Source: Candidatus Iainarchaeum sp. | GTDB lineage: Archaea; Iainarchaeota; Iainarchaeia; Iainarchaeales; GCA-2688035 | Assembly (NCBI GenBank): GCA_020053055.1 | Contig: JAGVNX010000040.1 | Coordinates: 1-43,069 of the forward strand | DNA: 43,069 nucleotides | Direction of reading: 5' to 3' | Shown: positions 18,748-26,883 of the stretch, piece by piece | Layout: every line of letters starts with the position of its first letter | Position numbering within the stretch: the stretch's first letter is position 1 | Program-made: the position numbers and the translations under genes | The notes under the pieces: model-generated | What the model saw: the letters and a program-made list of their open reading frames with translations, nothing else | Databases searched by the model: none | Told to the model about the DNA's origin: nothing

Positions 18748-18885
18748 ATCCCGTGGCTTAGTGCCTTCGGGGGTTCGAATCCTCCCCTCTGCACTGCCCT
18801 TTCTTTTCTTTGGAAAAGAAAAGTGCAAGCATCCTGAACTGGATGACAAACAAAAAAAATGGTTTGAAAATTTGAAGTGATTTGA

Positions 18886-19251
18886 ATGAAAGTTACCGGC
18901 CCAACAAAACTGGAAACAAAAAAAATAATTGTAGAAATGGAAAAACATTACAAAAAAACCAAGGAAGCAATCTGGCTTGACCTGGCCGAAAGAATCGCAA
19001 AGCCCCGCAGGCAACGGGTTTCAGTAAATGTTTGGAAAATAGAAAAATTGGCAAAAATAATGGATAAAAAAATTCTTGTAGTGCCCGGAAAAATCCTGGG
19101 TTTTGGAGAATTAACATTGCCGGTGCAAATTGTTGCATTGGAATACAGTGCAGATGCAAAGAAAAAAATTTCTGCAAAAGGAACCGCAATGACATTCAGG
19201 GAAGCCCTTGAAAAAAAAATAAAGCCAAAAGAAATGGCAATTATAAAATGA
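18886..19251 (+). CDS. rpl18e: 50S ribosomal protein eL18
   Basis: 121 aa; RRQRVSVNVWKIEKL...ILVVPGKILGFGEL...IVALEYSADAKKKI is L18e-like. It precedes L13-S9. Confidence 0.9.
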   Translation: MKVTGPTKLETKKIIVEMEKHYKKTKEAIWLDLAERIAKPRRQRVSVNVWKIEKLAKIMDKKILVVPGKILGFGELTLPVQIVALEYSADAKKKISAKGTAMTFREALEKKIKPKEMAIIK

Positions 19252-19258
19252 GCCTGTG

Positions 19259-19684
19259 ATGCTTATGGAAAAAATTATTATTAACGCTGAAGGCCTTGTG
19301 TTTGGCAGGCTAGCAAGCATTGCCGCACAAAAAGCCCTTGAAGGAAAACAGGTTGAATTGCTCAATGCCGAAAAAACAATAATGTCCGGGACCCGGGAAA
19401 TGACATTAAAAAAATTCAACCGCTGGATTGGCATGCACGGCAAAGGCAATCCGGAAAAAGGGCCGCAGTTCAGCAGAATGCCTGACAAAATACTGAGAAA
19501 CGCAATAAGAAAAATGCTGCCAAAAACCAGGCGCGGAAAAACAGCGCTTGAACAGGTAAAAGTCTGCATTGGCATTCCAGCCGGGGAAAAAAGCAATTTT
19601 GAAGCTGAAAACGCGAAACCAAAAAATTTGAAAAAAATTGTTGTGTTAGGGGAAATCTGCAAATTATTGGGCGCAAAATTCTGA
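19259..19684 (+). CDS. rpl13: 50S ribosomal protein uL13
   Basis: IIINAEGLVFGRLASIAAQKALEGKQV is the L13 signature. Start options are GTG 19256, ATG 19259 and ATG 19265. Confidence 0.92.
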   Translation: MLMEKIIINAEGLVFGRLASIAAQKALEGKQVELLNAEKTIMSGTREMTLKKFNRWIGMHGKGNPEKGPQFSRMPDKILRNAIRKMLPKTRRGKTALEQVKVCIGIPAGEKSNFEAENAKPKNLKKIVVLGEICKLLGAKF

Positions 19685-19705
19685 AAAAAAAACAAGTGAG
19701 CAAAC

Positions 19706-20131
19706 ATGGCGAAAAATAAAAACAAAAAGACAAAAACCGGAATAAATGTAAAGGCAAAAAAGAAAAAAGCAGTTGCCAGGGCAGTAATCAGAAAAGGAAA
19801 AGGAATAATCCGGGTAAACAAAATTTTGTGCCAAAATTATTATCCGCCTTATGTAAAAGAATTCGTTGAAGAGCCGATTAAAATCGCTGGAAACCTGGCA
19901 AAAGAAGTTAACATTGAGATTTTTGCCCATGGCGGCGGATTTATGGGGCAGGCAACCGCAGCAAGAACAGCAATTGCAAAAGCGCTTGACGAATATTTCA
20001 ACGACGAAAAATTGAAAAAATCATTCCTAGCTTATGACCGGTTGTTGCTTGTTGATGACCCGAGAAGAAAAGAAACAAAAAAACCTTTGGGAACAGGCGC
20101 ACGGAAACACAAGCAAAAAAGCAAAAGATAA
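19706..20131 (+). CDS. rps9: 30S ribosomal protein uS9
   Basis: AVARAVIRKGKGIIRVN...HGGGFMGQATAARTAIAKAL...DPRRKETKKPLGTGARKHKQKSKR is S9-like. Confidence 0.94.
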   Translation: MAKNKNKKTKTGINVKAKKKKAVARAVIRKGKGIIRVNKILCQNYYPPYVKEFVEEPIKIAGNLAKEVNIEIFAHGGGFMGQATAARTAIAKALDEYFNDEKLKKSFLAYDRLLLVDDPRRKETKKPLGTGARKHKQKSKR

Positions 20132-20142
20132 ATGGAGAATTT

Positions 20143-20352
20143 TTGGAGGAATATTTTATGATGGTGCCCATAAGATGCTTTTCATGCGGCAAGGTCCTGG
20201 CCAGCTTTTACGAGGACTTCGCCAAAAAAGTGAGTTCCGGAGAAAACGCAGAAAAAGTCCTGGACGAAATGGACATAACAAGATACTGCTGCAGAAGAAT
20301 TCTCCTTACCCAAGTTGACTTGATTGATGACATAATGAAGTATAAAAAATAA
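20143..20352 (+). CDS. rpoN: DNA-directed RNA polymerase subunit N (Rpo10)
   Basis: MVPIRCFSCGKVLA...ITRYCCRRILLTQVDLID is the RpoN signature. The true start is probably ATG 20158 or 20161. Confidence 0.9.
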   Translation: MEEYFMMVPIRCFSCGKVLASFYEDFAKKVSSGENAEKVLDEMDITRYCCRRILLTQVDLIDDIMKYKK

Positions 20353-20366
20353 AACAAGGGATTTGA

Positions 20367-21092
20367 ATGGAAGAAAAAACATTGTTGCCGTTGGAAAGAT
20401 ACCTGAAAACAGGTTCGCACATAGGAACAAGATTCAAAACAGGGGACATGCAGAGATACATTTTTAAGGCAAGAAAAGACGGCCTAAAAGTGCTTGACGT
20501 TGAAACAATAGACAAGAGGATAAGAATAACAGCGGAATTTTTAAACAATTATGAATTGCCAAGAATAATTGTGGTTTCAAGAAAAACATATGGCCACGCA
20601 GCAGTAAAAAAATTTGCCGAAGCAACCGGGGCAAAATTCCTTACAGGCCGGTTTATGCCCGGAACATTCACAAACCCAAAAGCAAGGAGCTTTATAGAAT
20701 GTGATGCAATAATAATCACAGACCCCGAATATGACAAACAGGCAATAGAAGAAGCCGTAAAAAAAAGAATCCCAGTAATTGCATTATGCTCCACAAACAA
20801 TTATTTGGAAAACATTGATTTGATTATTCCAATAAACAACAAGGGAAGAAAAAGCCTTGCCCTCGCTTTCTGGCTGCTTGCAAGAGAACTCTTAAAATTA
20901 AAAGGCCATATTAAAAAAGATGAAGAATTTACAATGCAGGCCGAAGAATTCGAATACCAATTGAAAGCCGGCGAAGAAGAAAGGCCCCTTGAAGAAAAAC
21001 CCCGGCAAACAAAAGGCAGGGGAAAAAAGCAGTTTGAAAAAAGGCCATTCAGAAGAAGAACATCCGAAAGAAGAAGCGAAGACAGCTACTGA
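20367..21092 (+). CDS. rps2: 30S ribosomal protein uS2 with a charged C-terminal tail
   Basis: YLKTGSHIGTRFKTGDMQRYIFKARKDGLKVLDV...IIITDPEYDKQAIEEA is S2-like. Confidence 0.93.
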   Translation: MEEKTLLPLERYLKTGSHIGTRFKTGDMQRYIFKARKDGLKVLDVETIDKRIRITAEFLNNYELPRIIVVSRKTYGHAAVKKFAEATGAKFLTGRFMPGTFTNPKARSFIECDAIIITDPEYDKQAIEEAVKKRIPVIALCSTNNYLENIDLIIPINNKGRKSLALAFWLLARELLKLKGHIKKDEEFTMQAEEFEYQLKAGEEERPLEEKPRQTKGRGKKQFEKRPFRRRTSERRSEDSY

Positions 21093-21094
21093 TT

Positions 21095-21895
21095 ATGAAT
21101 CTTAGGAAATCCGCAGTAAAAGGCACGTTTTATCCAAGCAAAAAAAAAGCCCTGGAAAAACAATTAACTGATTTTTTCAAGAAAACAAAGCCAAGCGGAA
21201 AAAAAAGCTTTGCAATAATTGCCCCCCACGCAGGCTACCAATATTCAGGGCAGACAGCTGCAATTGCATTCGCAGAAATAAAAAAAGCCGAAACAATAAT
21301 CCTGCTTGGGCCAAACCACACAGGCTTGGGAAAACAAATTTCAATAAGCGAAGCTGATTATTGGGAAACCCCGCTTGGAAAAATAAAAATTGATGCAGGC
21401 CTGCGGAAAAAATTATTGCAAAAACTTGAAATTAAAGCAGATGACTTGGCACATTTACAGGAACACAGCATTGAAGTTCAAGTGCCTTTTATACAATTTT
21501 TGTTCCCAAAAGCAAAAATGCTTCCAATCTGCCTAATGGAAAACAGGCTTGAAGAACTGAAAAAACTTGGAAACGCGCTTGCAGAAACCTGTGGCGAAAA
21601 AAAAGTTTCCATTGTTGCCTCTTCAGATTTCAGCCATTTTATTCCATTGGAAAATGCACTGGAAAAAGACCTGAAAGCAATAGAATTCATAAAAAAACTG
21701 GACATTGAAGGCTTTTACAAAGAAGTTGAAGAAAAAAACCTTAGCATCTGCGGCTTCGGGCCAATAACAGCAACAATGCAGTACTGCAGGCAAAAAAACA
21801 TTAAAAAAGCCTCCTTGCTAAAATACGATTCCTCAGCAACAGCAACTGGTGACAAAAGCAATGTAGTAGGATACGCGGCAATCAAATTTGAATAA
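21095..21895 (+). CDS. MEMO1 / AmmeMemoRadiSam system protein B family
   Basis: AVKGTFYP...IIAPHAGYQYSGQTAA...LGPNH...EHSIEVQVPF are MEMO-type motifs. Confidence 0.8.
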   Translation: MNLRKSAVKGTFYPSKKKALEKQLTDFFKKTKPSGKKSFAIIAPHAGYQYSGQTAAIAFAEIKKAETIILLGPNHTGLGKQISISEADYWETPLGKIKIDAGLRKKLLQKLEIKADDLAHLQEHSIEVQVPFIQFLFPKAKMLPICLMENRLEELKKLGNALAETCGEKKVSIVASSDFSHFIPLENALEKDLKAIEFIKKLDIEGFYKEVEEKNLSICGFGPITATMQYCRQKNIKKASLLKYDSSATATGDKSNVVGYAAIKFE

Positions 21896-22011
21896 GTATT
21901 ATTTCTGATGCACCATAGTAGCCCCAAAAGCATTCTTGGAGCAGCATTTTTCTTTTTAAAGAAAAAAAATGCCAAATTCCCCAATTAACTGCCCAAGGTA
22001 AATTTAAATAT

Positions 22012-22818
22012 TTGAAGGTCCAAGAATATAATAGAAAACAAAAAAAACTGGTTTACAAAAAGGTTGATTTTTTGAATAACGCTGAATTGAACAATTTGCT
22101 TGCAAATCTTGGCCTGACTGAATATGAAAGCAAGACTCTTTCCACGCTTTTTGAATTAAGCGAAGCTGAAGCCCCGGAAATCAGCAGAATGGCCCAAGTT
22201 CCAAAAACAAGAGTCTATGATGTATTGGAAAAGCTTATTGCCAGGCAACTTGTAATTGAAATTCGCGGAAGGCCAAAAAAATACAGGGTGATTGATGCAC
22301 AACAGGTTCTGGATGCACTTGTCCTGGAAAGAAAAACAGGCTTGTCAGAACTTGAAAGCCAAGTAACGGAAATGAAGAGTAATTTGGCAAACCCGCAAAA
22401 ATCAAAAATCGAATCAAAAACAGAATCAGTCATAAAAGTAAAGGACAAGCACGATTTTGAAAGAATTCTTGCACAGGAACTTGAAAAAGCAGAAGACACA
22501 ATAACTGGTTTCACTGAAATTTCTGACAAGCACACTGTGCTGAAAGACGCGCTTGAAAAAGCAAAAGAAAAAAACGTGGCAATAAAATTATTGAACAGTT
22601 TTTCAAACGAAAGCCTGAAAAAAAGCATTAAAGAGCTGAAGCACGCTGAACACGGGCTAAACGCATTCATAATCGACGACAAAAAAGTCATTTTAGCATT
22701 AAGCGATTTTAAAAAGGAAAAACCAGAATACCATTTCACTATTTGGCACGAAAACAAGCCCATGGCAAACGCATTCAAGCACTATTTTGACAAAGTCTGG
22801 GCGCAGGAAAAAAATTAA
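22012..22818 (+). CDS. TrmB-family transcriptional regulator
   Basis: The N-terminal wHTH LGLTEYESKTLSTLFELSEAEAPEISRMAQVPKTRVYDVLEKLIARQLV is TrmB-like. The start may be the in-frame TTG at 22072, because a TTTAAATA box sits at about 21998-22005. Confidence 0.75.
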   Translation: MKVQEYNRKQKKLVYKKVDFLNNAELNNLLANLGLTEYESKTLSTLFELSEAEAPEISRMAQVPKTRVYDVLEKLIARQLVIEIRGRPKKYRVIDAQQVLDALVLERKTGLSELESQVTEMKSNLANPQKSKIESKTESVIKVKDKHDFERILAQELEKAEDTITGFTEISDKHTVLKDALEKAKEKNVAIKLLNSFSNESLKKSIKELKHAEHGLNAFIIDDKKVILALSDFKKEKPEYHFTIWHENKPMANAFKHYFDKVWAQEKN

Positions 22819-22840
22819 TTTCTGCGTATCAATAAATTAA

Positions 22841-24517
22841 ATGCTGGTTCAAATGGCAGAAAAAATAATTGAAGACTCATACCGTTATGCAATAAAAAAC
22901 GCTTTTTCGCACAATAGCAAGGCCGATGCAAGCGCTGTTGTTGGAAAAATAATTGCCTTGCACAAAGGCACTGACATAAAAAAAGCAATGCCTGCAATAA
23001 TGGAAGCAGTGAGAAAAGTAAATTCCATGAGCCCCGCAGAAATAGAAAAAGAATACAAAAAATTTGAAGACGGCTACGAATTAAAGCCAAAGCCAAAAAG
23101 AGAAGGCCTGCCCACTCTTGATTTTGCCGAAAAAGGCGAAAAAATAATTACAAGATTTGCGCCAAACCCTTCGGGAGTAATGCATTTGGGGCATGCAAGG
23201 CAGGCAATTTTAAGCCACGACCTTGCAAAAAAATACTGCGGAAAATTTTTTTTGCGGGTGGACGATACAGACCCAAAAACAAAAGTGCCAATTGAAAAAG
23301 GCGAAGAACTGGTCCTGCAGGATTTAGAATGGCTAGACGCAAAACCCGATGAAACATACCGTGCTTCTGACAGGTTTGAATTGTATTATGATTACATGAA
23401 AAAAATAGTTGAAATGGAAAAAGCCTATGTCTGCACCTGCAACAACGAAGAATGGAAAAAGAAAAAAGCAAAAGGAATCGCATGCGCATGCAGGGACATC
23501 CCAAAGAAGGAAAACCTTGAAAAACTTGAAAAAATGCTAAAGCACGAATACAAGGAAGGCACAGCAGTTTTAAGAATAAAAACAGACATTCAGCACAAAG
23601 ACCCAAGCATAAGGGACTGGTGGGCAGCAAAAATAGTTGACAATCCCCAGCATCCAAAAGCCACAAACACGCACTTGTGGCCAAGCTATAATTTTGCATC
23701 AGCAATTGACGACCACGAACTTGGAATCACGCTGATAATAAGGGGGCAAGAACATGCGCAAAACGCGGAAAAACAAAAATATTTGTACCAATACTTTGGC
23801 TGGAAATATCCGCACGCAATCCACACTGGCAGGATTAAAAGCGACATTGGACTGCTCAGCAAAAGCAAGATAAACGAGCTAATGAAAAAAAAGGATTTTT
23901 TGGGTTATTCAGACCCAAGGCTTGGAACATTGCTGGCATTGAAACGCAGGGGCTTTCAGCCCGAAGCCATAAGGGAAATAATAATTGAAATCGGATTGAA
24001 AACATCTGACACCACAATTGAATTCAAAAAATTGGCTGATTTGAACAAAAAATTTGTTGCAAGCGCTGAAAGAATCGCTTTTTTAACGGAACCAATAAGG
24101 CTTGACGTGGGATTTTCACAAAAAATCATTGCCGAAATCGATGGAAAAGAATTTGAATTAAAACAAGGCTCCCAAACTTTTTTGGTTGACAAAACAGAAT
24201 TGGAAAAAATTGAAATTGGAAAAATTGCACGCATAAGAAATGCTTACAATGTGCGCATTGTAAAAAAAGACCCGTTGCAGGCATTTGCAGAATGCCTTGG
24301 AAAAGGACCCGGAGAATTCCCAGTGATTCACTGGCTTATTGAAGAGCAAAGCATTGACACGGAAATATGGACTCCAAAAGGAATGATTGCAGGCTTTGTT
24401 GACAACAAAATAATAGACAAAAAAACAGGGGAAATTGTTTACCTTGAAAAATTCGGCTACTGCAGAATAGACCAATTAAAAGAAAACAAGGCAACATTAT
24501 TCTGGGCGCACCAATAA
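22841..24517 (+). CDS. gltX: Glutamyl-tRNA synthetase (archaeal type)
   Basis: HIGH motif (PNPSGVMHLGHAR), a KMSKS-like motif (LLSKSK), and an archaeal-type helical N-terminal region (YAIKNAFSHNSKADASAVVGKIIA). Confidence 0.92.
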   Translation: MLVQMAEKIIEDSYRYAIKNAFSHNSKADASAVVGKIIALHKGTDIKKAMPAIMEAVRKVNSMSPAEIEKEYKKFEDGYELKPKPKREGLPTLDFAEKGEKIITRFAPNPSGVMHLGHARQAILSHDLAKKYCGKFFLRVDDTDPKTKVPIEKGEELVLQDLEWLDAKPDETYRASDRFELYYDYMKKIVEMEKAYVCTCNNEEWKKKKAKGIACACRDIPKKENLEKLEKMLKHEYKEGTAVLRIKTDIQHKDPSIRDWWAAKIVDNPQHPKATNTHLWPSYNFASAIDDHELGITLIIRGQEHAQNAEKQKYLYQYFGWKYPHAIHTGRIKSDIGLLSKSKINELMKKKDFLGYSDPRLGTLLALKRRGFQPEAIREIIIEIGLKTSDTTIEFKKLADLNKKFVASAERIAFLTEPIRLDVGFSQKIIAEIDGKEFELKQGSQTFLVDKTELEKIEIGKIARIRNAYNVRIVKKDPLQAFAECLGKGPGEFPVIHWLIEEQSIDTEIWTPKGMIAGFVDNKIIDKKTGEIVYLEKFGYCRIDQLKENKATLFWAHQ

Positions 24518-24584
24518 CACAAAAGCAAATGCCTTTGGGAACCACAAATTTTGAGTTAATCTTAAATACAAAAACTGCCTGTTT

Positions 24585-25130
24585 TTGTGGATGATTTCCA
24601 AGAAAAAAATTGTTGCCATGATAATTGTTGTGCTGGCTGCTGCAAGCCTCGTCTATTTTTATTTTGAAGGCGAGAAAGAGAAACAGGAAGTAATATATTT
24701 TGCAGAAGGCGGCAATGAAGGCATGGCAGTTATAATTGAAGTGCCATTAGTAACAGCATATAGAATTGGGAACCCAGATCTTACAGAGCAGGAAATAAAT
24801 GAGGCATTCAAGCCTTGCGTATCAAGTGCAGAATTGTGCGTTGAAAAATTTTCTCCAAACTTAGAGATAAAGCAAAGCTGCCTTTCTGCAGTAAAAAGCA
24901 TCAAGGCATTCACACAAAACATAAAAAATGAAAATTCAGTACTTTTGGGGCTTAATCTTACAATTCTAAATATTCAACTTGCTTTTTGCCCAGAAATCAC
25001 TACAAAAGAAGAGTTGTTAACATCAAATAGCTGCATGGACAAAATTGATTTGTATGGTTCAAAAAAAGCGCAAGAAGAAACTGATGCCTGCTTCCAAAGA
25101 ATCAACGAGTACGCAAAAAGCAAAGAATGA
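24585..25130 (+). CDS. Hypothetical membrane-anchored, Cys-containing protein
   Basis: 181-aa ORF with an N-terminal TM (IVAMIIVVLAAASLVYFYF). No recognisable domain. Confidence 0.55.
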   Translation: MWMISKKKIVAMIIVVLAAASLVYFYFEGEKEKQEVIYFAEGGNEGMAVIIEVPLVTAYRIGNPDLTEQEINEAFKPCVSSAELCVEKFSPNLEIKQSCLSAVKSIKAFTQNIKNENSVLLGLNLTILNIQLAFCPEITTKEELLTSNSCMDKIDLYGSKKAQEETDACFQRINEYAKSKE

Positions 25131-25196
25131 TTTTGCAATTCAAAAACAAAAAAAATAAAATTAAATAATTGCATTTCAAATCAGGAGATGAAAAGA

Positions 25197-25440
25197 ATGC
25201 CAAGATATGTATCTGGCCCCTTAAGAGTAAGCCGCGGTTCCCGAAACCCAATTGTCCGGCGCGGAAAGCTGCTTGGAACTTTGCGAAGCCCAAAATACCG
25301 CGAACGAAAACGCACGCGGGAAGCAACTTTCTGGACTGAAAAAAGAACAGAAGGACATTGGGACGCCTGCGCAAGTCCTGAACAAAAATTAGCAAAAATA
25401 GGGGCTTGCACTTTCTTCGAGTTTAGGCAGAATTTTTGCT
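25197..25440. ncRNA. Candidate structured RNA of unassigned family (SRP RNA or reduced RNase P RNA are the obvious candidates)
   Basis: An island of about 50% GC in an AT-rich genome with only implausible ORFs. It contains a dense set of helices: 25264-25274/25321-25331 (11 bp) enclosing hairpins 25275-25291 and 25298-25319, plus 25199-25217, 25236-25248 and 25352-25379. A TATA-like ttaaataa lies at 25161-25168. Confidence 0.45.
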
Positions 25441-25482
25441 TGTGAGCAAAGCGAACCTGCATTTTTCAAAGAAAAATGCTTT

Positions 25483-25520
25483 CTTTTCCAGGGTTTTCCT
25501 TGCAAGGCAAAGAAAAGCCT
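25483..25520 (-). repeat. Partial repeat-family copy (reverse orientation)
   Basis: The reverse complement ctttgccttgcaaggaaaaccctggaaaag resembles ctttgctttgcaaggaagaaaagccctgggaaaag. Confidence 0.45.
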
Positions 25521-25560
25521 TTTTAATTCCGTATTAATACCATATTAGTATGGTGATAAT

Positions 25561-25803
25561 ATGCCTACTGCGATTGTGAAGCTTGATGAAAATGCCAACA
25601 GGGTAATTAACATAGTCAAAGCCAAATATGGTTTGAATGACAAAAGCGAAGCCATAAACAAAATGGCTGCAGACTACGAAGAAGAACTGCTTGAACCCGA
25701 ACTTAGGCCGGAATACATAGAAAAACTCAGGAAAATCGAGAAAGAAAAAACCATTAAAATCAGGGATATTGACAGCTATTTCAAGCAACTTCGCAAGAGA
25801 TGA
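25561..25803 (+). CDS. Type II antitoxin candidate (DUF2683-like)
   Basis: 80 aa; IVKLDENANRVINIVKAKYGLNDKSEAINKM resembles small archaeal antitoxins as I recall them. It has a 4-nt ATGA overlap with the downstream toxin ORF. Confidence 0.6.
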   Translation: MPTAIVKLDENANRVINIVKAKYGLNDKSEAINKMAADYEEELLEPELRPEYIEKLRKIEKEKTIKIRDIDSYFKQLRKR

Positions 25804-26078
25804 TTTCATTGGCATTCTTTTTGGAAACCAGAAAACATGTTGACAGAATATTTGAAAAAATAGCAAAGAAAGACCCAGTACAAGAAGAAACAGTAAAAAG
25901 AAAGATAAAAGAAATTCTTGAAAACCCCTACAGATTCAAACCACTAAAAAAACCAATGCAAGGAAAAAGAAGGGTCCATACTTACGGGCCTTTTGTGCTT
26001 GTATATTCAATCAACGAAAAAGAAAAAAAAGTAACAATAGAAGACTACGACCATCACGACAAAATATACAAGAAATAA
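25800..26078 (+). CDS. RelE/ParE-superfamily toxin candidate
   Basis: 92 aa with the pattern ...ILENPYRFKPLKKPMQGKRRVHTYGPFVLVYSINEKEKKVTIEDYDHHDKIY, typical of RelE/YoeB-like toxins. Confidence 0.65.
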   Translation: MISLAFFLETRKHVDRIFEKIAKKDPVQEETVKRKIKEILENPYRFKPLKKPMQGKRRVHTYGPFVLVYSINEKEKKVTIEDYDHHDKIYKK

Positions 26079-26397
26079 TTATAACATTGGCTGGACGCAA
26101 ACAAGCCTGACAATGATAGTGGGGCATTTGCAATAAGGATAATGGGCGCGTTTATACTGCCTGCAATTGCCAGATTTTTTCTTTAAAAATGCAGGGGAAA
26201 ACAGGCGTTTCATTTGCTACCAGCAGATGCGACAGAGCCAAAATTCGTCAGCTTTTTAAATATTCCCAACTCTAATTAATCTATATAATAAACAATCCTA
26301 AGTTATACATAATTAAATTGACATAGCTTGTTTTTCACCTATGAAAAATGAAGCGCTGCCACCAAACGGCAGTTACGCGCTTATGGAGGTGCTTGTA

Positions 26398-26760
26398 ATG
26401 GCGTTAGCAAAATTTTCAGTTCCAGAAAAAATTGCCCAACAACAGTTTTCTTTGCTTGAAAAAGCGAAGAAAACAGGCAAAGTAAGAATCGGAATAAATG
26501 AAGTTACAAAAGCAGTGGAAAGAGGAGATGCAAAACTGGTTCTTATTGCAGAAGATGTCAATCCTGCAGAAGTAGCAATGCACATTCCCCTAATCTGCGA
26601 TGAAAAAAAAATTCCCTACAGCTTTGTAAAAACAAAAAAAGAGCTCGGCGAAAAAGCAGGAATTGCAGTCGGAACAGCAGCAATTGCTATTGTCGACGAG
26701 GGAGACTCAAAAAAAGAATTAGGCGAAATTGCCAAGGCAATTTCAGAATTGAGGAAATAA
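26398..26760 (+). CDS. rpl7ae: 50S ribosomal protein L7Ae (eL8 family, K-turn binding)
   Basis: GINEVTKAVERGDAKLVLIAEDVNPAEV..HIPLICDEKKIPYSFV is the L7Ae signature. ATG 26398 is preferred because GGAGGTG lies 6 nt upstream. Confidence 0.92.
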   Translation: MALAKFSVPEKIAQQQFSLLEKAKKTGKVRIGINEVTKAVERGDAKLVLIAEDVNPAEVAMHIPLICDEKKIPYSFVKTKKELGEKAGIAVGTAAIAIVDEGDSKKELGEIAKAISELRK

Positions 26761-26769
26761 AAAAAAAGC

Positions 26770-26828
26770 CTTTTGAAGCGCTCAAAACTTTTGAAGCACT
26801 CGGCTTTTGCCTCGCTTTCAAAAGTTTT
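26770..26828 (+). terminator. Hairpin plus T tract after L7Ae
   Basis: cttttgaagcg 26770-26780 pairs with cgctttcaaaag 26813-26824 (one bulge), followed by tttt. Confidence 0.3.
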
Positions 26829-26883
26829 ATCAAAAACAATTCGCTTCCAAAAGCCTTGGAAAAATAAAAAAAAGGTGGATTGA

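Larger units (their letters stand above)
18578..18793 (+). tRNA. tRNA-Leu (anticodon UAA), type II, with a 132-nt intron at the canonical 37/38 position
   Basis: Hand-folded. Acceptor GCAGGGG/CCUCUGC; D arm CCG..CGG; anticodon stem CGGGA/UCCCG with loop CUUAAGA; long variable arm (GGC UUAGU GCC); T arm GGGGG UUCGAAU CCUCC; discriminator A. No CCA is encoded. Confidence 0.9.

Noticed and set aside
18514-19014. ORFs 18514-18837(+), 18626-18880(+) and 18553-19014(-).
   Set aside because: They run through the tRNA-Leu gene and its intron and have no protein-like features.
483-20548. Dozens of 60-250-codon antisense and alternative-frame ORFs in the track. Examples: 3999-4760(-), 5394-6083(-), 11849-12583(-), 16349-16951(-), 19111-19821(-), 4870-5133(+), 11060-11440(+).
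   Set aside because: They overlap well-supported ribosomal or translation genes. Their products are low-complexity F/L/S/C-rich or K/R-rich strings. They follow from the purine-rich (A/G) coding strand, which leaves the antisense and shifted frames poor in stop codons.
25216-25405. A confident call of RNase P RNA on the minus strand, based on the CR-V-like GAACCGCGGCUUAC and the CR-I-like AGAAAGUUGC.
   Set aside because: The proposed P4 (7 bp with two GU pairs) competes with a much stronger 11-bp helix that uses the same CR-I-like nucleotides. S-domain consensus elements are absent, and a rival P4-like pairing exists on the plus strand. The evidence is too weak to name the family.
25188-25445. 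85-aa Arg-rich ORF (+) and two antisense ORFs over the GC-rich island.
   Set aside because: No SD or credible start context, implausible composition, and a region dominated by stable helices. I treat it as an RNA candidate instead.
26345-26392. A K-turn in the L7Ae 5' UTR (UGA-AGCGC...GCGCU-UAUG-GAGG) that could mediate L7Ae autoregulation and overlap the SD.
   Set aside because: It needs a 4-nt rather than 3-nt bulge. With a 3-nt bulge, the second sheared pair would be G-G. The geometry is not canonical, so this is not reported as a feature.
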